From: an uncultured Actinomycetes bacterium
GTDB lineage: Bacteria > Actinomycetota > Thermoleophilia > RBG-16-64-13
NCBI GenBank assembly: GCA_947085635.1
Contig: CAMTXC010000006.1
Span: 11,564 to 75,563 of the forward strand
Reading direction: 5' to 3'
Length of the DNA: 64,000 nucleotides
Of the stretch, positions 36,011 through 44,900 are shown piece after piece. A program made the position numbers and the translations under genes. The first letter of the stretch is position 1, and every line of letters begins with the position of its first letter. Under the pieces are notes generated by a model. That model was not told where the DNA came from and ran no database searches. It worked only from the letters and a program-made list of their open reading frames with translations.

Positions 36011-37117
36011 GTGACGGACATCCTTGCCGCACGCGGCCTCACCCGTCGCGATTTCCTCAAAGTCTGCGGCGGCTTGGCGGCGGCCATGGGATTGGGCCAG
36101 GCGGCCGTTCCCGGCATCGCCAAGGCCTTGGAGGCGGCGGCGAAGAGGCCGCCCGTCATCTGGCTCGACTTCCAGGAGTGCCTGGGTTGCACTGAATCCC
36201 TCTCGAAGAGCCGCTATCCCGATTTCCTGAACATCGTCCTCGACATGATCAGCCTCGAGTACCATGAGGCTCTCATGGCCGGCGCCGGACATCAGGCGGA
36301 GGCGAAGCTCAAGCAGTCGATGGCCGACAACAAGGGCGCCTACGTGCTGGTGGTCGAGGGTTCGGTTGCCACCAAGATCCCGAGCGCCATGACCATCGCC
36401 GGTCGTACTTCGGTTGACATCGCGCGAGAAGCTCTTACCGATGCCGCACTCGTGATCGCCGTGGGCAACTGCGCCTCGTTCGGCAACGTGCAGGCCGCCC
36501 ACCCCAACCCCACCGGGGCTATGGGGATGCTGGCCTTCATGGAGCAGGAGGGCATCGACACGGGCAAGCTGGTGCAGTTGCCCACCTGCCCGGTCAACCC
36601 TATCCACGTCACCAGCACCGTGAGCTACTTCCTCACCTACGGGAAGCTGCCCGAGGTCGACCAGTACCGTCGACCCAAGATCTTTTTCGGGCGCAAGGTG
36701 CATGACGAATGTCCTCGCCGCGCGCATTTTGACGAGGGGCGGTTCGTGGAGGTCTTGGGCAGCCCCGAGGAGTTCGAACGCTATTGCCTTTACAAGATGG
36801 GGTGTCGCGGCCCGCACGCGTACGCGGACTGCGCGACAGTCCTCTGGAACAACAAAGCCAACTGGTGCATCGGTACCGGTTCATGCATTGGCTGCAGTGA
36901 GAAAGACTTCTGGGACGAACTAACGGACTTCTACGCCCCCATGCCCGGGGTGGCTGTGCCGGGCTTCGGCGGGATCCGTGTAGGCGCCGACAGCGTGGGC
37001 ATCGGGTTGGCGGCCGCAACCGGCGGCGCCATCGTCGCCCATCTGGCCGTCAGCGCGGTGAAAGGCCGTATCGGCAGGAACTCCGACGGCACGGTCGCGG
37101 AAGAGAAGGAGGAGTAG
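36011..37117 (+). CDS. [NiFe]-hydrogenase small subunit, Tat-exported, with C-terminal TM anchor
   Basis: TRRDFLK Tat motif, CLGCTES proximal cluster motif, further Cys clusters, hydrophobic C-terminus. Confidence 0.9.
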   Translation: MTDILAARGLTRRDFLKVCGGLAAAMGLGQAAVPGIAKALEAAAKRPPVIWLDFQECLGCTESLSKSRYPDFLNIVLDMISLEYHEALMAGAGHQAEAKLKQSMADNKGAYVLVVEGSVATKIPSAMTIAGRTSVDIAREALTDAALVIAVGNCASFGNVQAAHPNPTGAMGMLAFMEQEGIDTGKLVQLPTCPVNPIHVTSTVSYFLTYGKLPEVDQYRRPKIFFGRKVHDECPRRAHFDEGRFVEVLGSPEEFERYCLYKMGCRGPHAYADCATVLWNNKANWCIGTGSCIGCSEKDFWDELTDFYAPMPGVAVPGFGGIRVGADSVGIGLAAATGGAIVAHLAVSAVKGRIGRNSDGTVAEEKEE

Positions 37118-38755
37118 ATGGCCAAGGTCGTCATCGATCCGGTCACACGTATAGAGGGTCACCTTCGCGTCGAGGTGGAGGTGGAGAACGGCAAGGTCGT
37201 CGATGCGTGGGCTTCGAGCACCATGTTCCGCGGCCTCGAGATGATCGTGGAGAACCGGCCCTGGATGGACGCGTGGCACTACACGCACAGGGTATGCGGC
37301 GTGTGCCCCACCCCGCACGGTCACAACTCCGCCATGTCGCTCGAGAACGCGGCGGGTGTCTCTCCACCGCCGAACGGGCGTCTCATGCGCAACCTGCTGG
37401 AGTGCGCCCAGCTCCTGCACGACCACGTGCTGTGGTTCTACATCTTGAACGGGCTCGACTACGTGAACGTGGTGAGCGCGCTCTCGGCCAAGGCGTCCTC
37501 GCCTCAACTGCAGGCTGTGCAGACACGGCTCAAGGCCTTCGTCGACTCAGGGCAGCTCGGCTTCCTCGAGAGCGGCTACTGGGATCATCCGGCCTACGCC
37601 CTCGACCCTGAACTCAACCTGCAACTTGCCGCCCACTACCTCGAGTCGATCAAGGTGCAGGCGGTCGCCTCGGAGGCCTCGGCCCTGTTCGGCGGCAAGT
37701 TCCCGTACCATATGTCCACTCCGCCGGGCGGGTTCTCCTCGGTGCCGCACCAGGACCAGATCGACCGCTTCGAAGCCAAGGTGCGTGAGGTCAAGGCTTG
37801 GATCGACGGCACCCTGGTGCCCGATCTCCTGGCGATCGCCCCCTTCTATCTCGACCAGGCCGGCATCGGTCAAGGTCATGGCAACTACTTCAGCTGGGGC
37901 GTCATCGACGAGGACCTCGAGGGTGGCGACCCCTACAAGCGGCTCTTCCCGCGGGGGGGCATCTTCGGAGCCTTCGACGGCAACCTCACCGTGCAGCAGG
38001 TGGACCACGAGGCCGACGTGCGCGAGTGGGTCACGAGCTCCTGGAACACCCAGTACGAAGGAGCCCTGCATCCCTGGGAGGGCATCACCGGCCCGGACTT
38101 CACCGGGAAAGAGGGCATCGGCGAGATCGACCGTGAGGGTCGCTACGCCTGGGAGAAGAGCGCGCACCTGAAGGGCGGCCCCGTGGAAGTGGGCCCGCTC
38201 GCCCAGATGCTCATGGCCTATCTCGGCGGACCGGCCGATCATCCCGCCAAGAAGCTCATCGACAACACGCTGGCCGCCGTCGGCCAGGCCGGCAACCCGG
38301 CGGTGCTCCTCTCGAACCTCGGCCGCATCGCGGCGCGGGTTCTCAAGGTGAAGATCATCGGCGACAAGACCCTGGACTACATCGCGCAGTTGCGGGCCAA
38401 CATGGCTGCAGGCGACATGAACTTCTACACGCCTGTGCCCAAGAACCCCACCGGCCGTGGCTTCAGTGGTTGGGACGCCCCGCGCGGCTCGCTGTCCCAC
38501 TGGGCCACCCTGGAGGACGGCCTGGTGAAGCATTACCAGATCATCACGCCGTCGGGCTGGAACTTTGCGCCGCGGGCCGGTGACGGTCGCGTGCGAGGCC
38601 CGGTGGAACAAGCACTCGTGGGCACGCCGGTCGCAGACCCGGAGCGCCCCTTGGAGGTGTTACGGACCTTACACTCCTTCGACCCCTGAATGGCCTGCTC
38701 GGTTCACGTGATTGAACCGAAGAGCAACAAGATCCTCAAGTTCCGCGTCAAGTAG
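37118..38755 (+). CDS. [NiFeSe]-hydrogenase large subunit with selenocysteine at TGA 38687-38689
   Basis: N-terminal RVCGVCPTPHG. The ORF track stops at ..HSFDP, but the same frame continues as U-MACSVH-VIEPKSNKILKFRVK, which gives DPUxxCxxH plus a cleavable tail. Confidence 0.85.
38699..38720 (+). other. SECIS-like hairpin (UCGGUUCA-CGUGAU-UGAACCGA)
   Basis: Perfect 8-bp stem starting 9 nt after UGA 38687-38689. Confidence 0.5.
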
Positions 38756-38765
38756 GCCGGTGATC

Positions 38766-39362
38766 ATGGCGAAGCTGCAGCTCATACGGAAGCACGACAT
38801 CATCGAGCGGTTCATGCACTGGGTACACCTGGTGAACATGATCCTGCTCGTGTTGTCGGGCCTGCAGATCCACTTCCCGGCGTTCAACATCTTCGGCAGC
38901 ATGAGCACGGCTCGATTCGTGCATTTCGTCGACATGTACGTGTTCTTCTTCGTCGGCGTGTTTCACGTGTACCAGTTCTTCGCAACAGGCAAGTGGAACG
39001 TGGCCGGGCCAACGCCGCGCAACATGGCCGGCACCGGAGCGGTCATCAAGTACTATCTGTTCATGGCCGACACGAAGCCGGAATACGGCAAGTACAACCC
39101 CTTGCAGATCATCACCTACTTCCTGCTGTTCGGCATCTCCGCCGTCATGGCGGTCGTGGGCTTCGCGCTCTACTGGCCGGTGCAGCTGGCGGTGGTGGTG
39201 AACGCCTTCGGAGGCATCATGACCCTGCGACAGGTGCACTACATCCTGGCGTGGGTGTTCATCGCGTTCAGCATCGTACATGTCTATCTGATCCTGACCC
39301 AGCCGCTCAAGTACACCAGGGCAATGGTCACGGGGCACTACTGGAAGCGTGCCGGCGGGTAG
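38766..39362 (+). CDS. Ni/Fe-hydrogenase b-type cytochrome subunit (HyaC-like)
   Basis: Four TM helices with conserved His residues (HWVH, HFVD, H..). Immediately downstream of the large subunit. Confidence 0.85.
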   Translation: MAKLQLIRKHDIIERFMHWVHLVNMILLVLSGLQIHFPAFNIFGSMSTARFVHFVDMYVFFFVGVFHVYQFFATGKWNVAGPTPRNMAGTGAVIKYYLFMADTKPEYGKYNPLQIITYFLLFGISAVMAVVGFALYWPVQLAVVVNAFGGIMTLRQVHYILAWVFIAFSIVHVYLILTQPLKYTRAMVTGHYWKRAGG

Positions 39363-39383
39363 CTCTTCTGCATAGTCCGCAGC

Positions 39384-39416
39384 GCACCGGCGGCGCCCCT
39401 CGGCGCCGGCCGGTGC
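39384..39416 (+). terminator. GC-rich hairpin (7+7 bp with one bulge) after the hydrogenase operon
   Basis: GCACCGGCGGCGCC-cctc-GGCGCCGGCCGGTGC. No clear U-tract. Confidence 0.45.
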
Positions 39417-39557
39417 GGTCGGCCCTCGAGACGCCGTCACCCCCCAGGCGGCGTCTCGCCCTTTCCGGTTCGGAGCCCTCCGTGCATGGGGGCAGGGTCG
39501 TTTCCGGGACACCCTTCAACGGGTACATTCACATGAACACCGCCCTTGGAGGAATCC

Positions 39558-40499
39558 GTGCCTGCAGACCTACAGAGATCCGTTCACTACGACGTAGTCG
39601 TGGTCGGCGCCGGGCCGGCCGGCATCACGGCCGCCATCAACATCGCCAACCGCAAGCGCACGGTGCTGGTGCTCGACTCCCAGTCCCCGTTCTCGAAGGC
39701 GGGCAAAGCGCCCGCCGTGCCCAACTACCCGGGGTTCGCCTACGCCACCGGTGAGCAGCTCGGCGAGGCGTTCCTCCAGCACCTCGACCGCTTCGAGGTG
39801 CCCATCGTGCGCGAGAAGGCCTCGAAGATCATGGCCGACGACGACGGGTTCCTCGTGTTTACCGACCGTGAGATGTACCGGGTGAAGGCGGTGATCCTCG
39901 CCACCGGGGTGCATCGGTTGACCGATCTCGAGGGCGAGGATGCCCTGGTCGGGCGGGGGGTGAGCTACTGCGCCAACTGCGACGGCCGTCTGTTCGGCGG
40001 GCGGGAGGTGGTCTACATCGCCTACAGCCCGGATGGGGAGGAGGAAGCCTCCGTCCTCTCCGAGGAACTCGGCGTCTCCGTGACCTACCTGCCGCTGTAC
40101 GCCGAGGAGCCGAACCTGCCCGAGAGCGTGAAGGTGTTGCCGCGGGAGCGCCCCGACCGGCTGTACTCCCGCGACGGCAAGGTGGCGGTCGAGTTGAAGA
40201 GCGGCCCCCTCGTGGTCGACGGGGTGTTCGTGCACAAGCCGAGCGTCGCTCCCGGCGATCTGGTCGAAGGCATCCAGGTGGAAGATGGGCACGTGGTGGT
40301 CGACCGGCGTATGGCGGCCGGAGTGCCCGGCGTGTTCGCGGCGGGGGACGCGACGGGCGAGCCGTACCAGATCGCGAAGGCCGTGGGCGAAGGCCAGGTG
40401 GCGGCCCTGCATGCTCTACGGTACCTGCGCGAGCGTGCACGTCCACCCACCCCGGAGGAGCCGCCGGCGCTTGCGGCGGCCGACTGCGTACCGCGATAG
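39558..40499 (+). CDS. Thioredoxin-reductase-like flavoprotein lacking canonical NADPH-binding motifs
   Basis: GAGPAG FAD motif, CANCDG redox motif, GDATG. AYSPDG replaces GGGNSA. GTG 39558 follows GGAGGA. Confidence 0.8.
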   Translation: MPADLQRSVHYDVVVVGAGPAGITAAINIANRKRTVLVLDSQSPFSKAGKAPAVPNYPGFAYATGEQLGEAFLQHLDRFEVPIVREKASKIMADDDGFLVFTDREMYRVKAVILATGVHRLTDLEGEDALVGRGVSYCANCDGRLFGGREVVYIAYSPDGEEEASVLSEELGVSVTYLPLYAEEPNLPESVKVLPRERPDRLYSRDGKVAVELKSGPLVVDGVFVHKPSVAPGDLVEGIQVEDGHVVVDRRMAAGVPGVFAAGDATGEPYQIAKAVGEGQVAALHALRYLRERARPPTPEEPPALAAADCVPR

Positions 40500-40608
40500 A
40501 TCTTGAACGGCGTGCAGGTAGCGGACGAAGCCGGCGAGGGACCCCTTACAGAGGATCGCCTACTCCGCCTCGTGCTCGGCACGGCCGCATCGTGCGCGCA
40601 GCAGCGCC

Positions 40609-41007
40609 CTAGCGCTCTATGGCTCCCCTCCACGCCTGGATGCCCTGGGCCATGTCGAACACGTCTTTGTAGCCCGCCGCGCTGAGCATCGCCGCCGCCT
40701 CGGCGCTTCGGCTCGCTGTGAGACAGTAGACGATGATCGGGCGGTCGCCGGGCACCTCGGCCATGCGCGACTTGAGTTGTTGCACGGGTATGAGGACTGC
40801 GCCGGGGATGTGGCCCGCGTCGAACTCGCTTTGGGTTCGAACGTCGAGCAGGAAGACCTGTTCTCCCGAGTCGAGTCGCTCCCTCACCGTCTCCGGGCTG
40901 ATCGAGGTGTATGTGCCCGCGCACCCCGAGAGTACTGCGATCGCTCCCACTATCGCCGCCGCCGCGAGTGCCGCGAGGGCGCGGCGTGCGGTGTCTTGGC
41001 GACTCAT
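40609..41007 (-). CDS. Rhodanese-domain sulfurtransferase, lipoprotein
   Basis: LSGC lipobox. Active-site loop CLTASRS. Confidence 0.8.
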   Translation of the reverse strand: MSRQDTARRALAALAAAAIVGAIAVLSGCAGTYTSISPETVRERLDSGEQVFLLDVRTQSEFDAGHIPGAVLIPVQQLKSRMAEVPGDRPIIVYCLTASRSAEAAAMLSAAGYKDVFDMAQGIQAWRGAIER

Positions 41008-41339
41008 CGCTTCACGTCGAAGGGCCAGCGGCTGATACCGCCCTCCATGTTGTACACGTTCTCGTACCCGAGTTCCACCAGGAGTCGCGCCCCACGCTTG
41101 CTTCGGGCGGCGCTCAGGCAGTAGAGGATGATGTCGCCGCCGGTCTTCAGTTCTTGGTGTCTGCGGGGCAGGTCGTTCAGAGGCATCAACTTGGCCTTGG
41201 GGATATGACCCTGCGAGAACTCACCGGGGGAGCGGACGTCGATCAGTTGCACCCGGTCTCCTGCACTCAAGCGCGCCTTGACATCGGCCGGAGAAAGGTT
41301 GGTGTATCCCTGCGGTTCGCGATTGAACAACTTGAACAT
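41004..41339 (-). CDS. Single-domain rhodanese sulfurtransferase
   Basis: Active-site loop CLSAARS. ATG 41339 follows AAGAGGAG. Its stop overlaps the downstream start. Confidence 0.8.
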   Translation of the reverse strand: MFKLFNREPQGYTNLSPADVKARLSAGDRVQLIDVRSPGEFSQGHIPKAKLMPLNDLPRRHQELKTGGDIILYCLSAARSKRGARLLVELGYENVYNMEGGISRWPFDVKR

Positions 41340-41383
41340 TGATCCAACTCCTCTTTGCGATGTGCCCCTCCGGGCGATACCGG

Positions 41384-41578
41384 TCAGGACTCCTTCATGG
41401 AAACGGCTTCGTACGGGCACTCCTCGACGCAATCGCCGCATCCCATGCAGTCCGACGGCTTGACGATCGCCTCCTCGTGGGGACCCATCTTGACGATCGC
41501 CTTGGTGCGGCAGGCCTTGCGTGCCGGGCACGGATAACAGGCCTCGCAGCGCGCGTAGTCGATTTGGGCGAGTCTCAC
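41384..41578 (-). CDS. Small 4Fe-4S ferredoxin-like protein
   Basis: CEACYPC...C and CMGCGDCVEECP motifs. GTG 41578 lies 8 nt after GGAG. Confidence 0.6.
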   Translation of the reverse strand: MRLAQIDYARCEACYPCPARKACRTKAIVKMGPHEEAIVKPSDCMGCGDCVEECPYEAVSMKES

Positions 41579-41744
41579 CTGCCCCACTCCTCGGTCAGAT
41601 ACCCATGGGGGTATGCGATGCATCATGGTAGACGACGCGGCCGGGCTTTTCAAGGAACGAGGAGTGGAATGCGGGAGGAACCTGCTCGCGGCGGACGCGA
41701 TCTACTCAGCGTGGAGCACTTGGAGCGGCGCACTGGGTTCTCGT

Positions 41745-41761
41745 CACTACATCGTGTAGTA
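41745..41761. promoter_or_regulatory. Operator-like inverted repeat CACTAC-N5-GTAGTA
   Basis: One mismatch to the TACTAC-N5-GTAGTA motif seen at three other promoters. Lies 67 nt upstream of the TPR gene. Confidence 0.45.
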
Positions 41762-41827
41762 TCCCGTTTCGACGTTCTCCAGTGACGGGCACAGCGGAAT
41801 ATCGGACGGTCGAAAGGAAGCGCACGG

Positions 41828-42514
41828 ATGAATAGGAACTACCTTGTCGCCATCATCGTGGCGGCCGTCGTCGTGGTCGGCCTCATCGTGGTGGTACCCA
41901 ACCTCGATGGCGGGAACACCGGCGGAACCAGCGGAACCACTCTTGGATCCGCGCCGCCCATCCCTGAGGACGCCACCATGCCCGAAGGTCATCCCGACTT
42001 GGGGGAAGGCTCAGATGCGACCGGGACGGAAGCCTCCCTCGAGGCCCTCGTGGCCGAAGCCGAGGCCGCATATGAGGCCGACAAGACCGACCTGGTAGCA
42101 GTCCTGGCGCTCGGAGACGCGTATCTTCAGGCGAACCGAGTCGACGATGCTACCCGCGTGCTGAACGAAGCATTGGCAATCGATGCAGGGAACGCCGAAG
42201 CCAAGGCCGGTCTGGCCATGGTCGACTTCGTGAACGGCGATACCGCGGCCGCGCAGAGCAAGCTCGAAGCCGTCATCGCTGAGTCCCCCGACTCGCAGAG
42301 GGCCTTGTACGATCTCGCCGTGGTCTACTTCTCGACGGATCAGCGCGACAAGGCGAAGGACACCTGGGCGAAGGTGGTCGAGGTCAACCCGCTCAGCGAG
42401 CTGGGCGAGATGGCCAAGCAGTTCATCGATCTCATGGGTCAAACGGAGACCTCGGGCGGCAGCCCGCACGGCGCCGATGGGTCAACGGGGACCACGGCTA
42501 CCACGAGCCAGTGA
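41828..42514 (+). CDS. Membrane-anchored TPR-repeat protein (CcmI/NrfG-like TPR module?)
   Basis: N-terminal TM helix, acidic linker, three or four TPR-like repeats. Confidence 0.65.
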   Translation: MNRNYLVAIIVAAVVVVGLIVVVPNLDGGNTGGTSGTTLGSAPPIPEDATMPEGHPDLGEGSDATGTEASLEALVAEAEAAYEADKTDLVAVLALGDAYLQANRVDDATRVLNEALAIDAGNAEAKAGLAMVDFVNGDTAAAQSKLEAVIAESPDSQRALYDLAVVYFSTDQRDKAKDTWAKVVEVNPLSELGEMAKQFIDLMGQTETSGGSPHGADGSTGTTATTSQ

Positions 42515-42589
42515 TCGGGTTCGACCAGCCGGCCCTCGTGGGCCTCACCGGCCTCGTAGGCCTCGCGTGCCTCACCGGGAGAGTCACGC

Positions 42590-43477
42590 TTGTATCCTGA
42601 GCTCTTCAGCATAGGCCCGGTAACCATCCACTCCTTCGGGGTGATGATGTCGCTGGCCTTCCTGGTCTCGGGGGCGGTGGCCGCGTGGCAGCTCAAGCGT
42701 CGGGGGATAGACCCGGAGCTCGCGTACTCGCTGCTCATCGCCGCCATCGTCGGCGGCGTGTTGGGCGCCAAGGTGCACTATCTGCTCGTGCACCCCGATC
42801 AGTTCCGCGAAGCGGCGTTCAGCGGCTCGGGCTTGATCTGGTACGGCGGACTGTTCGGAGGCGTGATCGCCTGCACGGTGGTCGCCGCGCTGTCGAAGCC
42901 GCGCACGGCGCTCGTAGCCGACGCGATTGCTCCGGCCCTCGCGGCCGGCTATGCCGTCGGCCGGGTGGGGTGCCTGTTGAACGGCGACGACTACGGTGTC
43001 CCCACAAGCCTGCCCTGGGCGATGTCGTTCCCCCAGGGCTCTCCGCCGACGGATCTTCTGGTGCATCCCACCCAGATATACGAGAGCCTCATGTCGCTCG
43101 TCATCCTGGGTGTTCTGCTGTGGGTGCTCGCCCCTCGCCTCAAGCGGGCCGGCGCCTTGTTCTGGTCGTATGTGGGCTTGGCCGGCGTCGAGCGGTTCAT
43201 CGTGGAGTTCGTGCGCACGAACGACGACGTCCTCTTGGGCCTCACGCAGGCCCAGGTGATCAGCGTGGTCCTCATGGTGGCCGGCGTCGCCGGCGTGTGG
43301 TGGCTCGAGTCGCGCCCCGCCGGTCTTGCGGCCGCCGGCGGTGGCTCCGCGGGAGGTCACCCAGGGGCCCAGCGGGTGCGGTCCTCCTCCTCGCCGCGAG
43401 TCTCTACCGGCGGCTCGAAGGCGGGCGGCTCGAAGGCGGACGGCTCGAAGGGTCAAAGAAAGCACACGCGGGCGTGA
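42590..43477 (+). CDS. lgt: Prolipoprotein diacylglyceryl transferase
   Basis: HSFGVMM, GGLFGG, GRVGCLLNGDDYG and HPTQIYES motifs. TTG start. The C-terminal tail contains a 15-bp x3 repeat (GGSKA). Confidence 0.9.
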   Translation: MYPELFSIGPVTIHSFGVMMSLAFLVSGAVAAWQLKRRGIDPELAYSLLIAAIVGGVLGAKVHYLLVHPDQFREAAFSGSGLIWYGGLFGGVIACTVVAALSKPRTALVADAIAPALAAGYAVGRVGCLLNGDDYGVPTSLPWAMSFPQGSPPTDLLVHPTQIYESLMSLVILGVLLWVLAPRLKRAGALFWSYVGLAGVERFIVEFVRTNDDVLLGLTQAQVISVVLMVAGVAGVWWLESRPAGLAAAGGGSAGGHPGAQRVRSSSSPRVSTGGSKAGGSKADGSKGQRKHTRA

Positions 43478-43547
43478 GGGTTGGCCCCTCCGCAGACTCA
43501 CCGACTTGCGCATAAAATAGGAGAAACCGACTTCAGGAGTGGTCTCG

Positions 43548-44693
43548 ATGGTCTTCGGCATGATTTCACGGATCCGGCTACGCGCCGTCCTCTACATCGC
43601 GGTGCTCGTGACGACCTCGCTGATCCTGGCCGCATTCGTCGCAGCCCAGCCGGTCGCAGCCGAGGAGCACACGACCACGTCGACCACGTCCGGCACGACC
43701 GACGAAACGACCTCGGTCACGACGGGCGGTACGACCAGCGAGACGACCACAGCCGTGGTCGCTCGACCCGGCGTCACCCCTGCCCCAGAGGGCTACGAAC
43801 CGGTGAACCCCGGCTTGGTGGCCGCGCAGATGGGGGTGCAGATCTGGCCGGAGTACGACACCAAGGACGTGCTGGTGCTTCTCGACGTCACCCTGCCGGC
43901 TACCACCGTGTTCCCCTACTCCTTCAGCTTCTACGTGCCGAAGGGGGCGAGGCTCGCCGGCTTGGCGGAGATCACCGAGGCCGGCGGCTTCGACTACACG
44001 CTCGGCGTCCCCGTCCAGGTCCCCGGCGAGGTGATGGACCTCGTCACCGTCACGGTGCCCAAGCGCCCGGTGCTTCGACTTGAGTACTACTACGATCCAG
44101 GCGTCGGCGTTCCGGGTCAGAAGTCGTTCCCGATCCTCTTCCAGGCTCCCGCCGACGTGGGTTCACTGTCCTTCGGCGTGCAGCAACCATCGGACGCTAC
44201 GGGTTTCTCGACTGAACCGGCCTTGCCCCAGACGTCCACCGACTCTGAAGGCTTCACCTACTTCTTCACGAACTTCTCCGCCATCAAGGCGGGCGAGATG
44301 GTCGAGGTGCAGGTTTCATACACCAAGACCAGTGCCGATCCATCGTTCTCTTCCGGTTCGACCGGCGGCGATCCGGTACAGGCGACGAACAGCAACCTAC
44401 TGTTGCTGATGCTTGCTGCCATCGTTCTCGTTATCGGGGGGATGGTCGCGTATCGTCTGTTGGGCCGCCGTGAGCCTGCGCCCGCCGGCAGGGGCGCCGC
44501 TTCGCGGGCGGGTGGAAGTGCGGCCGGTCGGCCGGGTTCGCGATCCGATAGTCGATCGAAATCGCGCGCCTCCGGCGGTCAGGGCTCGAGTGAGGACGCG
44601 GGCGGGCCCGCACGGTTCTGCACGCAATGCGGAGGCCGCCTGCAGAAGAAAGATCGTTTCTGTCCGGCCTGCGGGCACCCGCGGGAATCTTGA
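43548..44693 (+). CDS. Secreted-domain / single-TM / cytoplasmic zinc-ribbon protein, paralog 1
   Basis: Signal peptide, Thr-rich linker, IWPEYD...YYYD...SY.K domain, TM helix, C-terminal FCTQCG..RFCPACG. Confidence 0.7.
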   Translation: MVFGMISRIRLRAVLYIAVLVTTSLILAAFVAAQPVAAEEHTTTSTTSGTTDETTSVTTGGTTSETTTAVVARPGVTPAPEGYEPVNPGLVAAQMGVQIWPEYDTKDVLVLLDVTLPATTVFPYSFSFYVPKGARLAGLAEITEAGGFDYTLGVPVQVPGEVMDLVTVTVPKRPVLRLEYYYDPGVGVPGQKSFPILFQAPADVGSLSFGVQQPSDATGFSTEPALPQTSTDSEGFTYFFTNFSAIKAGEMVEVQVSYTKTSADPSFSSGSTGGDPVQATNSNLLLLMLAAIVLVIGGMVAYRLLGRREPAPAGRGAASRAGGSAAGRPGSRSDSRSKSRASGGQGSSEDAGGPARFCTQCGGRLQKKDRFCPACGHPRES

Positions 44694-44760
44694 TGGAGAA
44701 TCTTGATGGTCTGAAGGCTCCGGCCGGTCAAGACGGACGCCCGGTTGAGATCCCCGCGTC

Positions 44761-44800
44761 TACTATGAGACGTAGTTGATTCCTACTACACTGCGTAGTA
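44761..44800. promoter_or_regulatory. Two adjacent operator-like repeats: TACTAT-N5-GTAGTT and TACTAC-N5-GTAGTA
   Basis: Positions 44761-44777 and 44784-44800, about 100 nt upstream of paralog 2. Confidence 0.5.
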
Positions 44801-44900
44801 TGATGCCGCAGAAGTAAGCGCCGGCGTTCACAAGCTTGGTGGTTGGCGGATCCATATGCCGGCGTACGGACCGTATACCAGCGGCACGAGGGGATCTAGC

